DNA of 64,000 nt, taken from NCBI RefSeq assembly GCF_009914755.1, contig NC_060932.1; one strand, given 5' to 3'. The translations under genes were made by a program, and so were the position numbers. Origin of the DNA: the human T2T-CHM13v2.0 reference genome, Homo sapiens. Positions 26,229 through 41,332 of the stretch are shown here, in pieces. The notes under the pieces were generated by a model. The model worked only from the letters and a program-made list of their open reading frames with translations. It did no database searches and was not told the origin of the DNA. Numbering within the stretch: the stretch's first letter is position 1; each line of letters begins with the position of its first letter.

Positions 26229-28320
26229 TGCCCTTTGATTTCAGCAAGAGTCCTGTCCTGGGTGACTTGGAGCCATCCAGCCTAGCCCTTCACATACACA
26301 GAACCTGAGCCCCCTCATCCTGATAGTCCAGGGCCCCTCAGGGTCAGGGGCTAGTGACGGGGCAATCTGCCACAAGCCCTGCCCAGAGGTGCCCCAGACT
26401 GGGCCTCTTCTCCCTGGAAGAGGTGCTTTACCTCCTCCTGCTTTCAGCAGTGCTGGCCACTACTCCCTCGTCAACCAGCACTCTGGTGGGCAGACCCTGG
26501 CTGGACCACCTGGCCCCCACACCTCCCACTGCACACAACCCTCCAGGCTTGCTCCACGTCCCCAGGGGCTATAGCAAAGACAGACGCACGATGAAACCAA
26601 GCTCACCTGCAGCGCCAGCGGCTCAGAGCCAGATGGGGGTCCCACAAGAGCAGGCAGCTTCAGAATGCTGCCGCGACGCCCCTGCAGTTCATGTTTTCCC
26701 GGTGCCCTGTCTGGAAGGTGATCTCAGGGAGGGTGGTGTTTGCAGCCATCTTGGAAGACACTCCCCGCTGCAAGCTCCATGTGGCCCTACAGACGGAAGC
26801 CACCTCAGGACAACTGCCACCATCCCTCAGGCACCAGCTTGGTGAGCTCCCAGAGGCAGTAGGAGACCACAGCTCAGAATTCCAGGACATCCGTTTGAGG
26901 ACCCCTGTCCTCATCCAGCTTGGGCAGGCAGACCCTCTGCTGCATTCTAGGGAAGTGGCCACCGCCAGGCTTCACGCCACCAGGAGTGCATTCTCCGCAG
27001 GCTCCCCACCCCTGAATCACCCCGAGATAATGGAGAGGGCAATCAGCAAGAGAAGAGCTGCTGCCTCCCACCGCTGACCTGCTAGAGCCAGAGCACACTG
27101 AGACGCAGCACAACGCTCCAGGGCCAACTGAGTCAGAGCGGGGCCGCAGGATGATGGAGAGCAAGCTGGCATGGGCTGGGGGCGGGTGAAGGACGGGGCC
27201 TCACTACAGGCCCCACAGGGCCATGTCTGAGCACCCAAGGCCAGCCAAGCCCCCGGGGCAGCCTGGATGCCAGGAGTCTCCCAGACACAGCTAGCCAGCG
27301 GGGGAGGGCGCAAGCCTGGAACAGAAGTCCGTGTTCCCAGGTGGCCCCGTCTCTCCCGGGCAGCCTCCCCAGCCCCTAATGGGCAGGAGGGGCAAGTGTG
27401 CCTGGGAGAGACACCGGGCACAGTGCCCCTGCAGTGCCCACAGCCTGTTTCAGGATGGGCCCTGGAGCAACATGGCCGGCACAGAGCAGATCGTGGTGGG
27501 CTCTGAGCCCCACTCCCTCAGTCCTCCCCACAACTCCAGCAGGTGGGGACACAGTCCCAGAGTCCACAGTTACTGAAGCCAAACAGTCTATGACACCAGG
27601 CCCTAGGGGAGAGCTCCCTGGGAGTCTGGGCTAAGGTTCCCAGGGCCCTGACATGTGCCATGCTCTGCTAGGAGCCAAGCCACTGCAAGCGCAGGACAGC
27701 CTCAGTACTTCATGCCTGACTGTGCTGGTCAGACACACCCGGCCGAGGGGCCAAGAGCTCACCGCCAGCTGGTCGGCCTCAAAGAAACCCCAGCTGGGCC
27801 AAGAGGCCGCAGCCTCAGAGCCAGGCCCCCAGCCCATCACGCTAGCAGCAGGCAAGTCGCACAGAGGTGGGTCAAGGAAGCGGCCAACAGCAGCTGGCCC
27901 CTGGCCCTTGGGGAGGAGACTGGCCCCTGTGAGCTTCAGGCACACACCTGACACCTGCACTGGGCAGCACCTTCGAGGCAAAGGGGAGTGAGCTGCGCTG
28001 CGCTGCACTGGTGGCCGTGTGGCCCTGGCCTTCAGCTCCCCGGGGGAACAAGAGGAATAGGGAGGGCAGCTGATGCTTCTGCCCACAAGACCCCACAGCA
28101 GGGCACCTGCCAGCCACGCTCTGCCCCAAGCCCATGCTCTGTGTCCACGCTGTGCAGACCAACCAGTGGCAGAAGCTGGCACATGTACCAGCCCCTGGAT
28201 CAAAGGCACCAGAAGGGAGCTTGGGGCCCCAGGGCTGATCTCCGAGACCAGGGCTCTGTAATAGACACTCGAGCAAACCAACAGCTAACTTGACACTTGA
28301 TGTCTGCAAGCTGCTAAACT

Positions 28321-28392
28321 TACGGTCATCGTATCTAGCCACACACCTCCCTTGAATACGGTCATCGTATCTAGCCACACACCTCCCTTGAA
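28321..28392. repeat. Perfect 36-bp tandem duplication
   Basis: TACGGTCATCGTATCTAGCCACACACCTCCCTTGAA twice. Confidence 0.95.
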
Positions 28393-31300
28393 ATGCCATC
28401 TACTCTCTCCGTGAGCCCCAAGGCCCAGGCCAGGCAGAGTCGCACCTCGCCATCTCCAGCCAAGCCCAGACACAGCCATGGCACTTGCTTGGCTTCTCCT
28501 GGCCTGGGTGGCACCTCCCAGCAGCGCTCGGCCTGCCCTGAGGCTCCCCCAGGAGCTGGTGACAGTACCAGCCTCCTGCTGAGTGAAAGCTCCTGACAGC
28601 AGGGTCAGCACAGCCTCGGAGAGCCACAGGCGAGGGGACCAGAAAGGAGGGCCCTGAGGGGTGGCAGGTGGTGCAGGCACGGGCGTGGGCGCGGTCTCCT
28701 CTTCAGGATTCCTGTGGCCATCTAGAAGCCCTGAAGAGGGACACATGGCCCAGCCCTTTCCAGAACAGCTGAGCCCAGAGACTCTGTGTCCCTTTCCAGG
28801 CAGAGCCACCCAAGGGACCCCACAGCACGAAAGGGAGAGGTCTCAGCTGGGAGCCGAGAGAGGAGCGTCCCTGGGGCCCATCCTGAGGGGGCTCCTTGCA
28901 TGTCGCCCTGCTCCCATGAGGACACGGACCAGAGGCTGCGGTCACCGGACTCAGCCCTGGAAAGAGGGGGCTCCAGTCAAGGGTGCCACAGACAGCCCTG
29001 GTCTTCCTGCTATGCCTTCCCATGCACCTCTCTACAGGAAGCACAGTTTGACCAGCTGGGATGCCGCCACTCAGCACCCACGCAGTGACCAGAGCTGGCC
29101 ATTCACTGAAGCAGTTCTGTACCGAGGGACAGGATGGGACAGGAGGACAGGGAATGGGCCAGGCCATGGAGGCGGGCAGTGCCTCTGCACCACTCTCCCA
29201 GGAGGCCTCCCCACCCAGCTGGATGCCACGCCTGCCACACAACCCCAAGCCTGCCGTCCGCCTGGGCCTGGCACTGGCCCCGCTTCAGCGGCATCGGCCT
29301 GCGGCTGGCCCAGAGCCCAGGGTGCTGGCACTGGTGCTGACGATGTGGGGGGCCTGGAGAACCCCCACAGCCACCATAGTTCAAGTCCACCCAGGGCTAC
29401 ACCAAAACCCACGCTAGGATGCAGGCTGCTGCCCCAGTGGGGCCACAGAGGGCACTGACTTCAGTGGGGGTCCAGTGGGAGAACCCTGGAGAGACCCTGG
29501 CTGGACATTCTCTGTCTGCCATCAGGCAAGAGCCCAGCACCTCCCACCAAGAGTCACACCCATGACATCAGGTCCTCGCCAGGCTGGCCCACCAGTCACA
29601 GTCCCAACATAGCCCCAGAGCTCAGCGGATGCCCAGTGAGCAAGGGCAGGGCCAGTTCTGGAGAATGAGTGGCAGGAAGACCAGGTGCCTGCGGGCAGGA
29701 GACACTGGCCTGGGGCTGCTTCCTCTCCCAGTCCTGCTGCTGGTGCCGAGCAGGAGACCCCTCAGGGAACCAGGACTTCCTTCCCATCGGGACCCCGCCC
29801 AGCACGCGATTGGACTTGGTGCAGGGGGAAACAACCAGTGGGGATCACGGGGTTCCCAGACGATGCCCAAGTCCACATGGACTCTGACCACACCCAGCTT
29901 TGCCACGACCCACCTGTGGGACCACAGCAGGGGCCCTCAGGCAAGGGTCAAGGTGGAGAGACAGAGGAGGCTGGCAGGGGCCACTTACGGGCAGCAGATG
30001 GGGCACAGAAGGCTACAGCCCCAGCAGGGGACTAAACAGGGGCCCAGCAACATCCTGACCCCATGCAGAGAAGGGGCCAAATCCCAGAAGGTGCAGGCCA
30101 CATTCGTCCCCAGCTGGAAAGCCGCCTCAGTGCCCAGAGCCACACCCACTCCCCAGTCCCTCAACAGGAGGCCAGCTGAGGCTGGCAGAGCCATGCCCCC
30201 ATTACTTTGGTGGGAGAACCGAGAGCTGGTGAAAAGACACCGCCAGGAGGCAAGCAGGAGGCAAGCAGCACAAGCCCTGCTGGCCATGCCTGAAGATAGA
30301 CCCCTGAGAGGCCGGCACAGGAAGAGGACAGGCGGGCAGAGTGGGAGGAGGACCAGGCCAGCAGGGGTGGCCATCGGGACGGCCCTGTGCCGTGCCCACC
30401 CGCCACCCGAGCACTTGGCAACGTGCCCCTGGCTGCCTGGTGGGGGTTAGCAGGTGGTGACAGAGCCTGTGTCCTGCACCCCAACACCCACTGCCTGGTG
30501 GACTCCTGAGAGAGGCCACCAGGGTGAGGGACCTACCCAGGCTCTCGGACAGGTGTCCTGCACTTGATTCAAAGTCTGCCAAGACACGTGACTGGGGGGA
30601 TGTGCCAGCCCTGGGCTGGGAAGAGAGGGACAAGAGGACTACCTCAATCCATTCAACAAAAGGAGCAGCCCAAGCTGTCCCCAGTGTGGGGACCCAGGGT
30701 CCTACGGTGGTGTGAGTTCTGGCTCTCCTGAGAACGCCACCCTGCCTGCGCAGCCCAGGTCTTCAGCTTGGCACCCACAGCACAGTGCAGCACCACCACG
30801 GCACACACGCGATCCCACGCCAGTTCTGTGAAGTAATTAATTAGCACAGCCACAACCCACGCAAAACTGGAGGCCGCCGGCATGCCTGATAATTTATGCA
30901 AGATTCAAAGATCGCTGTGGCTGCCTTTCCTGAAGCCTAATTCAGCATTTTCTTTTTCCCTTATGAAAGCAGGACTCCAGATCTAACTGCTCTCATGCCC
31001 TTTCACGGGGTTCACCGCAGTAAAATTGAACAGCCCAGCTGCACACAGCAAGCAATGGTGGATCACATACCCCAGAGGCACCAGGCAGAGCCTCCCAGGT
31101 GGGCAACGCTGGCCAGCAGCACAGCCCAGCAGGAACATCACACCGGGCCAAAGCACCCAAAGGCACCGCTCAGCCCCACAGCAAACATTCCTGACCCCAT
31201 TCACAGATAGGGCACCGAGCACCAGCAAGGAGAACGGGCAGACAGGGCCAAAGTCTCCCGCCAGGCCACGCCCACACCACGCCTGGGGGCTCATAACCCT

Positions 31301-34179
31301 GCCTCCTGCATCCGGCAAAGGTCCAGGCCTCCAGCACCGGACATGGGGCTGCTCCCCAGTACCTAGCAGCATGGGACAGGGTGCCTGCTCCTCACTCTCG
31401 CTGGGGCCAGGGGAGAGTCTCCGGCCCCTCTGGCCCTGGCACCCTCCCCCACTGCCAAGACACAGCAAGCCCACCCTGGCAACCACCCTGCGGTGCACCT
31501 CGGGCCCTGCGTGCTCCTGCCTCCTCGGGGGCCGCCACTCATCTCTGCGCAGGGCAGGGGAGCCATATTGTTTCTGACCACAGCGCTCCAGCTCCCCACA
31601 AGGCTGGGACCCAGACCCAGCCAACTCACAACAGAAGCCAGGCGGCACTGCCGAGGCGCTGTGGGGCCAGCGGCCACGCCTCGGCCAGGCAGCGACAGAC
31701 ACCCTCCACGGTCAAGCTTCCATCCTCAGGCTCTGTGCAGCAGGTCAGGGCTCCACCCATGCCTCACATTCCATCCACGGCCAGCCTCCCGGGGAGATCG
31801 CCAGGCTCAGAAAGGCCTCCCAGCAGCCTGGCACAGGAGGTTACGGCGAGGATGGCACAGAAACCAGCCCCTCTGCTGGAGGCCGGGGATCGAGGCTGGT
31901 GGCACTCTGCCCACTTGCTCACTGAGCCTCTGAGTGCTGCTGCCGACCTCCACCGGCCTGCACATCTCAAAGGGGCAGGACAGCGTCAGGGCAGGGAGCC
32001 CTGTGTGGCTTTTCCTCCTGGTGGGCAGCCCTCTGCCAGGCCCTCACCCCTCGGTTGCCCGCTAAGCATGGTGACTGCCCCACCTTCCCGCCCATGGCCT
32101 GCCCATGGGGCCTCCTGAGGGAGCGAGGCCCTCCCTTCTGCCCAGGTCCAGTCCTCTGGGAGGGGGGGCGCCTCACCCTCACCAGGAGCTGCCGCAGCCT
32201 GAGGCTCACGTGCACGCAGGGCGGCCAGGGTGCTCCCCACAGCACCTTCTTAACAGGCAGGACGGACAATAAGCCGGCAATTCCTGCAATACAAAACATG
32301 AGGCAGGAGGAAGGAATGCCCATGGTGGCGGGGTGGCTGGCACGCGATCTTAGAGGAGCTGGCCTGGCAGAATGGACCACGGCCCACCTCACAGACTCCC
32401 GAATGAGGGGAGCAAACTGTGCACACCTAAGGGTGGGGGACGGGCCTGGCCAGAGGTTGGGCCTGGTTGGAGCAAGCCGGGCCTTCGAGGTGGGGCAGGG
32501 CCAGTCGAGAGAAAGCGGTTGGGTTTTTCCCATGCACTGGAATCCACAGGCTGCGCTGGTCACCGGGAGAAGCCGCTGGGGACAGAGGGACAGAGGGGTA
32601 GGGGGCCATCACACTCCCAAGCTGGTGCCTGCTCAGTGACACCCCCATAAGCATCTGTGGCCAAACAGTGCAAAGCCACAGCACGGGCTGGGTGCAGAAT
32701 CCACCCAGGCCTCTGATGCCAGGGCTGCGTGGCAAACCACCCCCTCTCCAAGGCACCGGGAGGCAACACAGAAAGGATCGTGTGCACAGGGAGGACCCAA
32801 GGACACAGGAGGGCCCCAGGGACCTCTGAGGACTCAGAGAGGTCACATGAACAGCCGTCAAGGCAGGCCCTTCTGAGACCGAGCAGTCAGGAGGCAGCGT
32901 TCCAGGAAATGTCGCACCACAGTCGGGGGGAGACCCCACACAGGACTGGGCGGGCGGCCAGGGCTCTGGGGAGGCTGCCTTTGGCTTCACCAGGGCTAGA
33001 GGGTGAGACCCAGTATCCAGAGAGCGCCGTGTGCCTGAGGGACCCCAGCCTCTCAGGTCCCACCTGGGTCCTGCTCTGGGGCTGGGGGAAGCCACGACCA
33101 CCTGGTGGCAGGGAGGGGCTGAGGGCCAACAGCTCACACAGGCTCTCCCTAAGCACTTCCTCAGAGAAACTCGGACTCGGGGAATGGGCATCCAGGCCCC
33201 AAAAGAGTCACCCAGGCAGGACAGCCCTGGCACCTAGTGACACCAGCCAGAGGTGGGTCCAAGACCCACGCCTGCCCTTTCTGCCAGTGAGCTGGGGTGA
33301 GTGGAGACTCCACTTCTCATCTGCAAATGCTGACAGCAGTTCCTCCACACCCAGGGGCGGGCACGGCAGACTGAGGGACGGGTAGGAATCGCCCTCCGTG
33401 TGTACAGCAAGCTCTGGGCCAGAGGCAGATGCCCGGCCTGGCTCCTGTCAAAGCCTGGGCAGCCGGCAGGCCTCGACCCAGCCTGGTTGTCCACACGAGA
33501 CCACCACGCAAGCCAGGCCCTTTCTGTCCACCACAGGTGTGCCCAGGACCTGCCAGGCCCGCACCCTCCACCAGCACACTGGCGACAAGTCTGGGAAGGC
33601 GGCTGCTTCCCAGGCAGGGCCCTGGGCTTATTCCAGGCCACGGGGGAAGGGGGCAGGCCACCGGCATGCATCCACCATCCTGGGTGGGTGAAGCAGAGAG
33701 GGCCCTCCCACTCCAGCAGATGACGACACCACTGCCTACCCACCTACCATGACTTTTCCCTGGCGTAAAATAGCAGACGTTTCCATGTGGCTGGTAGGAA
33801 TCCCATCACCTCCCGCCACCAAGAAGCTCCCCAGCCTGGGCACAGGGTGGTGGGTGGGAGAGCTGGCCCTCACTCCTGGCCTGGCCTGGAGTGTACAGCC
33901 TGGACAGCATCCCTCTGCACAGGCCGGCCAGGCTTAGGGAGTCATGCCTGTCATCTCAGGGTGGCCGAGCACAGCGACGGGCCCCAGGAGGATGTACCAC
34001 GAAGCTGGCCCCACTTCCCCCGCACCACAGTGAGAGCCTGGCCACAGTGCTCAGCCGTGTGTACTGTAAACACTGTACTCGAGAACACTGATTGCCACAG
34101 TTATGTGAGTGGCAAACAGGACACCATTTTTCAGACTCCAAAAAGGTTTTCTTCTCTTCTGCCCAAATGCCCCCTCTAG

Positions 34180-34583
<404 letters not shown>

Positions 34584-37013
34584 AGTGTCTCACATCCTCA
34601 TCCCCCAGCTGCCAACAGACCCATCCCCAGGAGAAAAGGGAAGGAAGAAACGGAAGGCAAGGGGCACACTGACAGCAGAGGAAGAGACCCCCAGGAATCC
34701 CCTGCCCCGCCCCCAGCCGAGGTCTGACTCCAGGCCCAGAGGACTTCGGAGGGCCGGGAGAGGCAGGGAGGGGAGGAGAGGCACCGAAGAGTCAGGCTGA
34801 AACCTTCCAAACAGTCTCAGTCCCCAGGCGTGAGTGGCCACAGTGCTGCTGAACAATGCACTTTTGAATTCAATTAAAGCGATTATCTGTTGTGCCAAAT
34901 AAATTGTGTACAGCATATATCCTGTGGCACTTTACACCTCCAGGCTCATTATTCCCTAACTGTTTCCTCCTGTTTATGCCTCTCAAATTAAATTGCTGAT
35001 AATATGCGCCAAAATAAAAAATGAACGCACCTTGTCCCAAGAAAATTGATTCTCCCTTTTCCTGAACTGGCGATGGCCAGGTTTTATATACTCTGTTCTT
35101 GGTGATCATTAGTAATTCAATTTTCTTTTTATTAGCCCCCTTATCTGCTGAGCAATATAGTGGCAGGGCTGACCTCTTTCGCACGGGTAAATGTTTAAAA
35201 TCTTTTCCCTGATTAATTTTGCCAGTTAAGAAAAAGAGGAGAAATGGCCCGGCTCTTAGCCATCACAATGAATAAAGCTTAATGTTGATTGTGATGGAAT
35301 TTCTAATGCCAGGGAAATTGATTGAACGCGGCAATTACGCTGCAATAGTAACTCAGGGGAGATGGGATCGCTTTCTCCTGGCCGTAGCCTTTTGGTTATT
35401 TAAAATAATCCAATTTGCAAGGATAATTATGTATTAGCGTTTTATCTGCCACTTGAAATGAACAGGGGAGTTTCGATACTGGCCCAGCATTAGCAGGTTA
35501 TTGCTGCAAATTACTTGGTATCTGCTTTCTTTCACATAAAAAGGAAATTAGGCGATCAATTACCAAAAAAGGGTGGACGGAGGCGATAGGAGGGGCAAGC
35601 ATGCCCTCTGCTGGCCACTGGGCCGCACGGCAAGGCTGAAGTGCGGCGGGGGAGGGAGGCGGCAGCAGGGCTGCCTGGCAGCTTTCAGAAGCCCCTGTCC
35701 CTGGTGCATAAGTCCACAGGGCAGTCGTCCCCAGCTGGACACTGGGACGCTGCCGTCTCCTTGAAGAGGAGAGGTGGAGCTGGAACTAAGCTTTTGCTGG
35801 GCAGAAAATGGGGAAAGAAAACTCCAAACAGCCAAATGAAGGAGCAGTCCCACCTGGCTGCCCCATCCACAGCCCACACGACCCCAGCATCCAGGAACGA
35901 ACACCCCAGCCGATGGAGGCCTTGGCCACCCGGGAGGGCTGAAGGAGGGCCTGGGAAGGGCTCACTGGCTCACCAGAGCACTGCAGCGTTCAACGAAACA
36001 AAGCTGGGCCCTGCCCAGAAGCCCACTGGCCAAGGCAGAGGACAGGCAGGCCTCAGTTCCTAGGCAGGCAGGCAGGCATGGAGACGGTGGGCCTTGCAGG
36101 AGGGCACCTGGGGGAGCCACTCAACAGCTTCCTGGGCCCCAGCCTCCCATCTCCTCAGCAGACGCCCTGGCCACGCCCACCTCCCCTGCGGCCAGCTTGG
36201 AGTCTCACGGTGGCTGTCTCTGGGGTCAGCCGCCTGAGTGACCAGGCCAGGACGCAGGCTCGGCCTCTCACCTCCGCGCACATCTCCACGGGCTCCCTGC
36301 CTGCTTGAGAGCCTGCGGACTCCGCTCCTTGGCCTGGCGTCAGTGGCCTCACGTACAGGCCCTCCCGACTCTGCCCACTCGGGCCTGCCAGACACCCCGG
36401 GGCCCTGGACACGCCCCTCCCAGGGTCCTCCCCTGTCCCTCCCTGGCTTCCCAACGTAACCAGAACCAACCCCCCGTTCCCTCCTGTGGCCTACAAGACC
36501 CTTTCCCAGGACCTGGTCCCTCTGCCCCGTTGGCTGCATCCCCTCCAAGCCACACTCCCAGATGGTGAACTGGCCCCACAGCCTCCTTGTGCTCCAGAAC
36601 ACAGTAAGCTCGTTCCCACCTCCACCTCGGCCTCAGAGCTGAGCCCTATTCGCTCCTCTCTGCTCAGGTCACCTCCTCAGAGAAGCCCTCCCACTCGCCA
36701 ACCACCTCTCTGCAGCTGGCCCTGTGCTCTCCCCCTGCCTGTTCCTCAGAAGGCATTTTCCACCCAGGAGCACCTTCCTGGCTGATGTACAAGCACTCCA
36801 GTGGCTGCCTGTCTCCACCACTGGAAGGCGGCTCCAGCCTCATCATCTCTTCACCTTCACTGCAGTATCCCCAGGAGCCGGCAGGCTGCCAGGCACAGTG
36901 ACTCAACCACGCTTGCCAGTTGGGCCAGTGGTGGGCAAGTGAGTGGGACGCCTTCCCCACCCCTTCCTCAGACAGGACCCTCTCCTCTCACTCCATGCAG
37001 CCGCCACGCTGGT

Positions 37014-37317
<304 letters not shown>

Positions 37318-37330
37318 TAACTATGAGTTT

Positions 37331-37628
37331 GGCTGGGCACAGTGGCTCACACCTGTAATCCCAGCACTTTAAGAGACTAAGGCAGGAGGATCACTTGAGC
37401 CCAGAAGTTCAAGACCAGCCTAGGCAACAAAGCAAGACCCTGTCCCTACAAAAAAATTAAAAATTAGCCAGGCACAGTGACATGCACCTGTAGTCCCAGC
37501 TATTCAGCAGGGTCACTTGAGCCCAGGAGGTTGAGGCTGCAATGAGCTGTGACTGCACCACTGTACTCTGGCCTGGGAGGGAAGCAGGGCCCTGTTTCTA
37601 AAAACATTAAAAAAAAAAAAAAAAAAAC
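37331..37628 (+). mobile_element. Alu (J-like)
   Basis: GGCTGGGCACAGTGGCTCAC...poly-A. Confidence 0.9.
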
Positions 37629-38060
37629 GACGAGATCAATTACGCCCTTCCCTCTAGTGAGGCAGGACCGCAGCAGCCCCTCAGCTGTGCACTCCGAAAT
37701 GGTCAGCCGGTGAAGCTGGTGGCCTCCCAAACCCACTCTTCCTGGCAGGAGTCCGGGGGGCGCCGAGCAAGGCCCCACCAGCAGGAAGCAACCTCCCCCA
37801 TCCCCTGCCTATGCCCCACTCTACTAGAGGCCTGAAGAGGGAGCAGGCCAGGTGAGCAGGGCTGAACCTGCACCCAGTGGGGAGCCTCTCACCCCAACCA
37901 CCACGCCATCTGCAAGCCTTGGCCTCCTAGGGCTCAGCAGACCCTGCTGGCCTCCCAGAGCTGGACACCTCCCCAACCCCTCCTCCCCAAGTGACCAGGG
38001 GATACCGCCAACTGTCCAAGCCACCCCTACCATCCACTCCCAGATAAGCCCACGACCTAA

Positions 38061-38682
<622 letters not shown>

Positions 38683-39587
38683 TGAGCACCGGTTCCCAGT
38701 CGGAGTGCCCAGGTCCAAGCCTGCTCAATCCCCAACGCCCCACCTTCTCCAGATGTCACAGACACGAGCTCGGGAAGTCACTGCCCTAACGCGCCCAGCA
38801 GAGCCCCAGAGTCGCACAGGACCAGGTGCACACAGACGAACGTGGCTCCACGCTGACCCCCACGGTGTCTGGGGGGTGCCACACCCAAGGGCTCTAGACC
38901 CTCACCACATACCCCCAACCACGTGCCCGCCTGGAGGCCGCTCCCCCAGTGTGTCCTGGCAAACATCACCGCAGTGGGGGTCAACCTCAAAGGGGCTACG
39001 CCCCACAATCTGCAGGCCGGGGCCTTCCCAGGCCACCACAGGGGCTCTCAGGGGCTCAGACCAGTTCTCTCCAGGCGTGACTGAGCACACTTAGAGTGGT
39101 ACAGCAGGAGACCAGACCAATTCTTTCAGGCCACTCAAAAAACTCACACAGTACCATGTGACACTCAGAAAGGGCAGGGCAGGTAGACCTGCAGCCCCAG
39201 CCAGCTGAGCACAGAAGGGCCCTGGAGGAGGCAGAGGCCTGGGGGTGCCCAGCGCAGCACAAGCGAGGGCTTCACCCCTGCTTAAGGGCTCAGCAGCCGC
39301 CGCCCTCTCCTCCCTCAGGAGGGACACAGCTGGGTCCATACCAAGGGACACACAGAAGAGGCCACAGCACCTGCCCAGCAGCACATCCCACACCCAGACT
39401 GCAGGGCGCAGCATCCGGGCCCTATCCTCTATCTGCCAGCCCACCACCACCGTCTGCCAGGCAGTGCCCTCCCAGCCAGGGCCTCTACCAGCATGAGGCA
39501 GGGAAGGTGCCCATGGCTCCTAACACGCCAGCATATCCCGTCAGGCAGGCCCAGCCCCAGTGCCCAGCGCCCCTGCTCCCAGCATAC

Positions 39588-39784
39588 CTTCCTTGGTGGG
39601 GAGGTGGGCCCGGCTCGGTGGCAGGCGACATAGTCGGTGCGTGGTGACCTGTACCAGGCCCTTGTTGGGGGTCTTCTTCAGGACAGGGCTGCTCTTCCCC
39701 CTGAGGGCCTGTCTCCGCCGGAGGCTGAGGTGGCTCTTGGCGGTGGCGGCAGGTGAGGTGCCGCTTTTCTTGTCTCCAGGAAGG
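39588..39784 (-). CDS. ZC3H3: ZC3H3 coding exon 3 (197 nt; SLPGDKKSG...AHLPTKE)
   Basis: Acceptor TTTTGTCTCCACAG|CCTT, donor GGAAG|GTATGC; phase 2 in, phase 1 out, consistent with flanking exons; not called in the ORF track. Confidence 0.93.
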
Positions 39785-41332
39785 CTGTGGAGACAAAATA
39801 CAGGCAGCTCTCAACAAGCCCTGGGGGTTCTGCCCACCCACCCTTCCTCACCAGGACCCGAGGAGCGTGGGAGCAGCTCCTGAAGGCCAGGACCAGGCCA
39901 CAGCGGGTCCTTTCTGGACCCTGCCTCCCTCAGCCCATGGCGGCCCTGCCCACCCTCCACAGCCAGGCTGAGGCGGCAGGCTTGGATCCACAATCCCAGA
40001 TGACCCCAGAACTAGGGCAGGCTGCCATGCTCCCAGGGAGAGCAGAGGGGCCTCAGTGCTCCGTCCCCACCCGCATGTCCACCCCCTCCCCATCTGCCCA
40101 GGAAAAAGGAGCCTCTACGTGGGGCAAAGAGAAGGGCCGACATCCCTGAGGAGAGCGGCCACCGGCCCCAAGTGGCCTGCCAAGCCCCTCAGTAAGGGGG
40201 CAGCTTCTCCACGCTCCCTCTCCACACTTCCTGGACAGAGGGAGCTGCCAGCATGGTTTAGAGCAGAGTTGCCACCGAGAAACAGCCAGGAGTGGGAGCC
40301 GGGTGCCCATGCGCCTCAACACGGCACCTATCTGGGGGACGAGGGCCAGAGAGAATGAGCTACACGAGCCAGCAACCTAGACCAGACGGCAGGGCACCAC
40401 TGTGTCTGATGACAGAGGCAGGACCCCCGCCCTCTGCCCAGCAGGTGCAGCCACCACCTTAGCTGCCAACCTCATGGAGTCCCTGAGCCCAGACCAAGCA
40501 CTGTGCCATGACACCATCTCTGAGTCTCATCACAAGTCCGCAAGGGTGGAGGCCGGGAGAGATGTGCGCCAAGCAAGTGAGTGACTCTGCCTGGCTGCCT
40601 GGCCAAGGGGGCTGGGACCTAACACCAATCTGCTCGCCCTGGGACCAAAGGCCAACTGCAGCCTCAACACTCCGCAAGGGAGGCCACAGAGCCCAAAGCC
40701 AGGAATGCCTAAGGAGGCTCCCGCCTACCAGCAGCCCCCGGCCCCTGCCCACTCAGACCAGCTGGAGCAGCCCTCAGCCTGAGGGCCAGCAAAGGCCAGG
40801 CCTCCTGGAGCCCAAGCCCTAGACACGGGGCATGCAGGAAAGACCAGGCACCCCTGGCAGGGCCCAGAGCTCTGGTCCACCTCCCAGCACAGACCCGTGG
40901 CCGGCAGGTCCAGGCCAGGGGCAGACACACTGCTCTCTGTCTCACCATCCCCCTGGGGACACATGGACCCTGGACTGGTCCCTGGGAGCTACTCCCCCTG
41001 CGCCTGCCTGGCACAAAGCCTTCCCTCTGTGAACCCTGTGCAACTGGAACGGAAGCTGCCCCCAGCGAGCTGCTTGTCTCTCACCGGCAGGAGAAAGGAT
41101 GGGCTTGCCAGCAGTGTGAGGGACGGGAAACCTGTCCCCTAAGTTTATGCCGGCCAGGGCCCCGGCCCCAGGCAAGCCCAAACCACCACAGCAGCACTTC
41201 CTGCCTCATTTCTTGCTGGAAATGTGAACGCAACTGCAGGCAAAGCTCCGAGCTCAGCAGATCCATTAGGGGTGCCAAACAAACCCTCCTCACAGCCCCT
41301 CACACTCTACCGCAGCCGGCCGGGATGCCCAC

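Noticed and set aside
29629-30450. 273-aa plus-strand ORF antisense to ZC3H3
   Set aside because: No recognisable domain or promoter context; length compatible with chance at this GC content.
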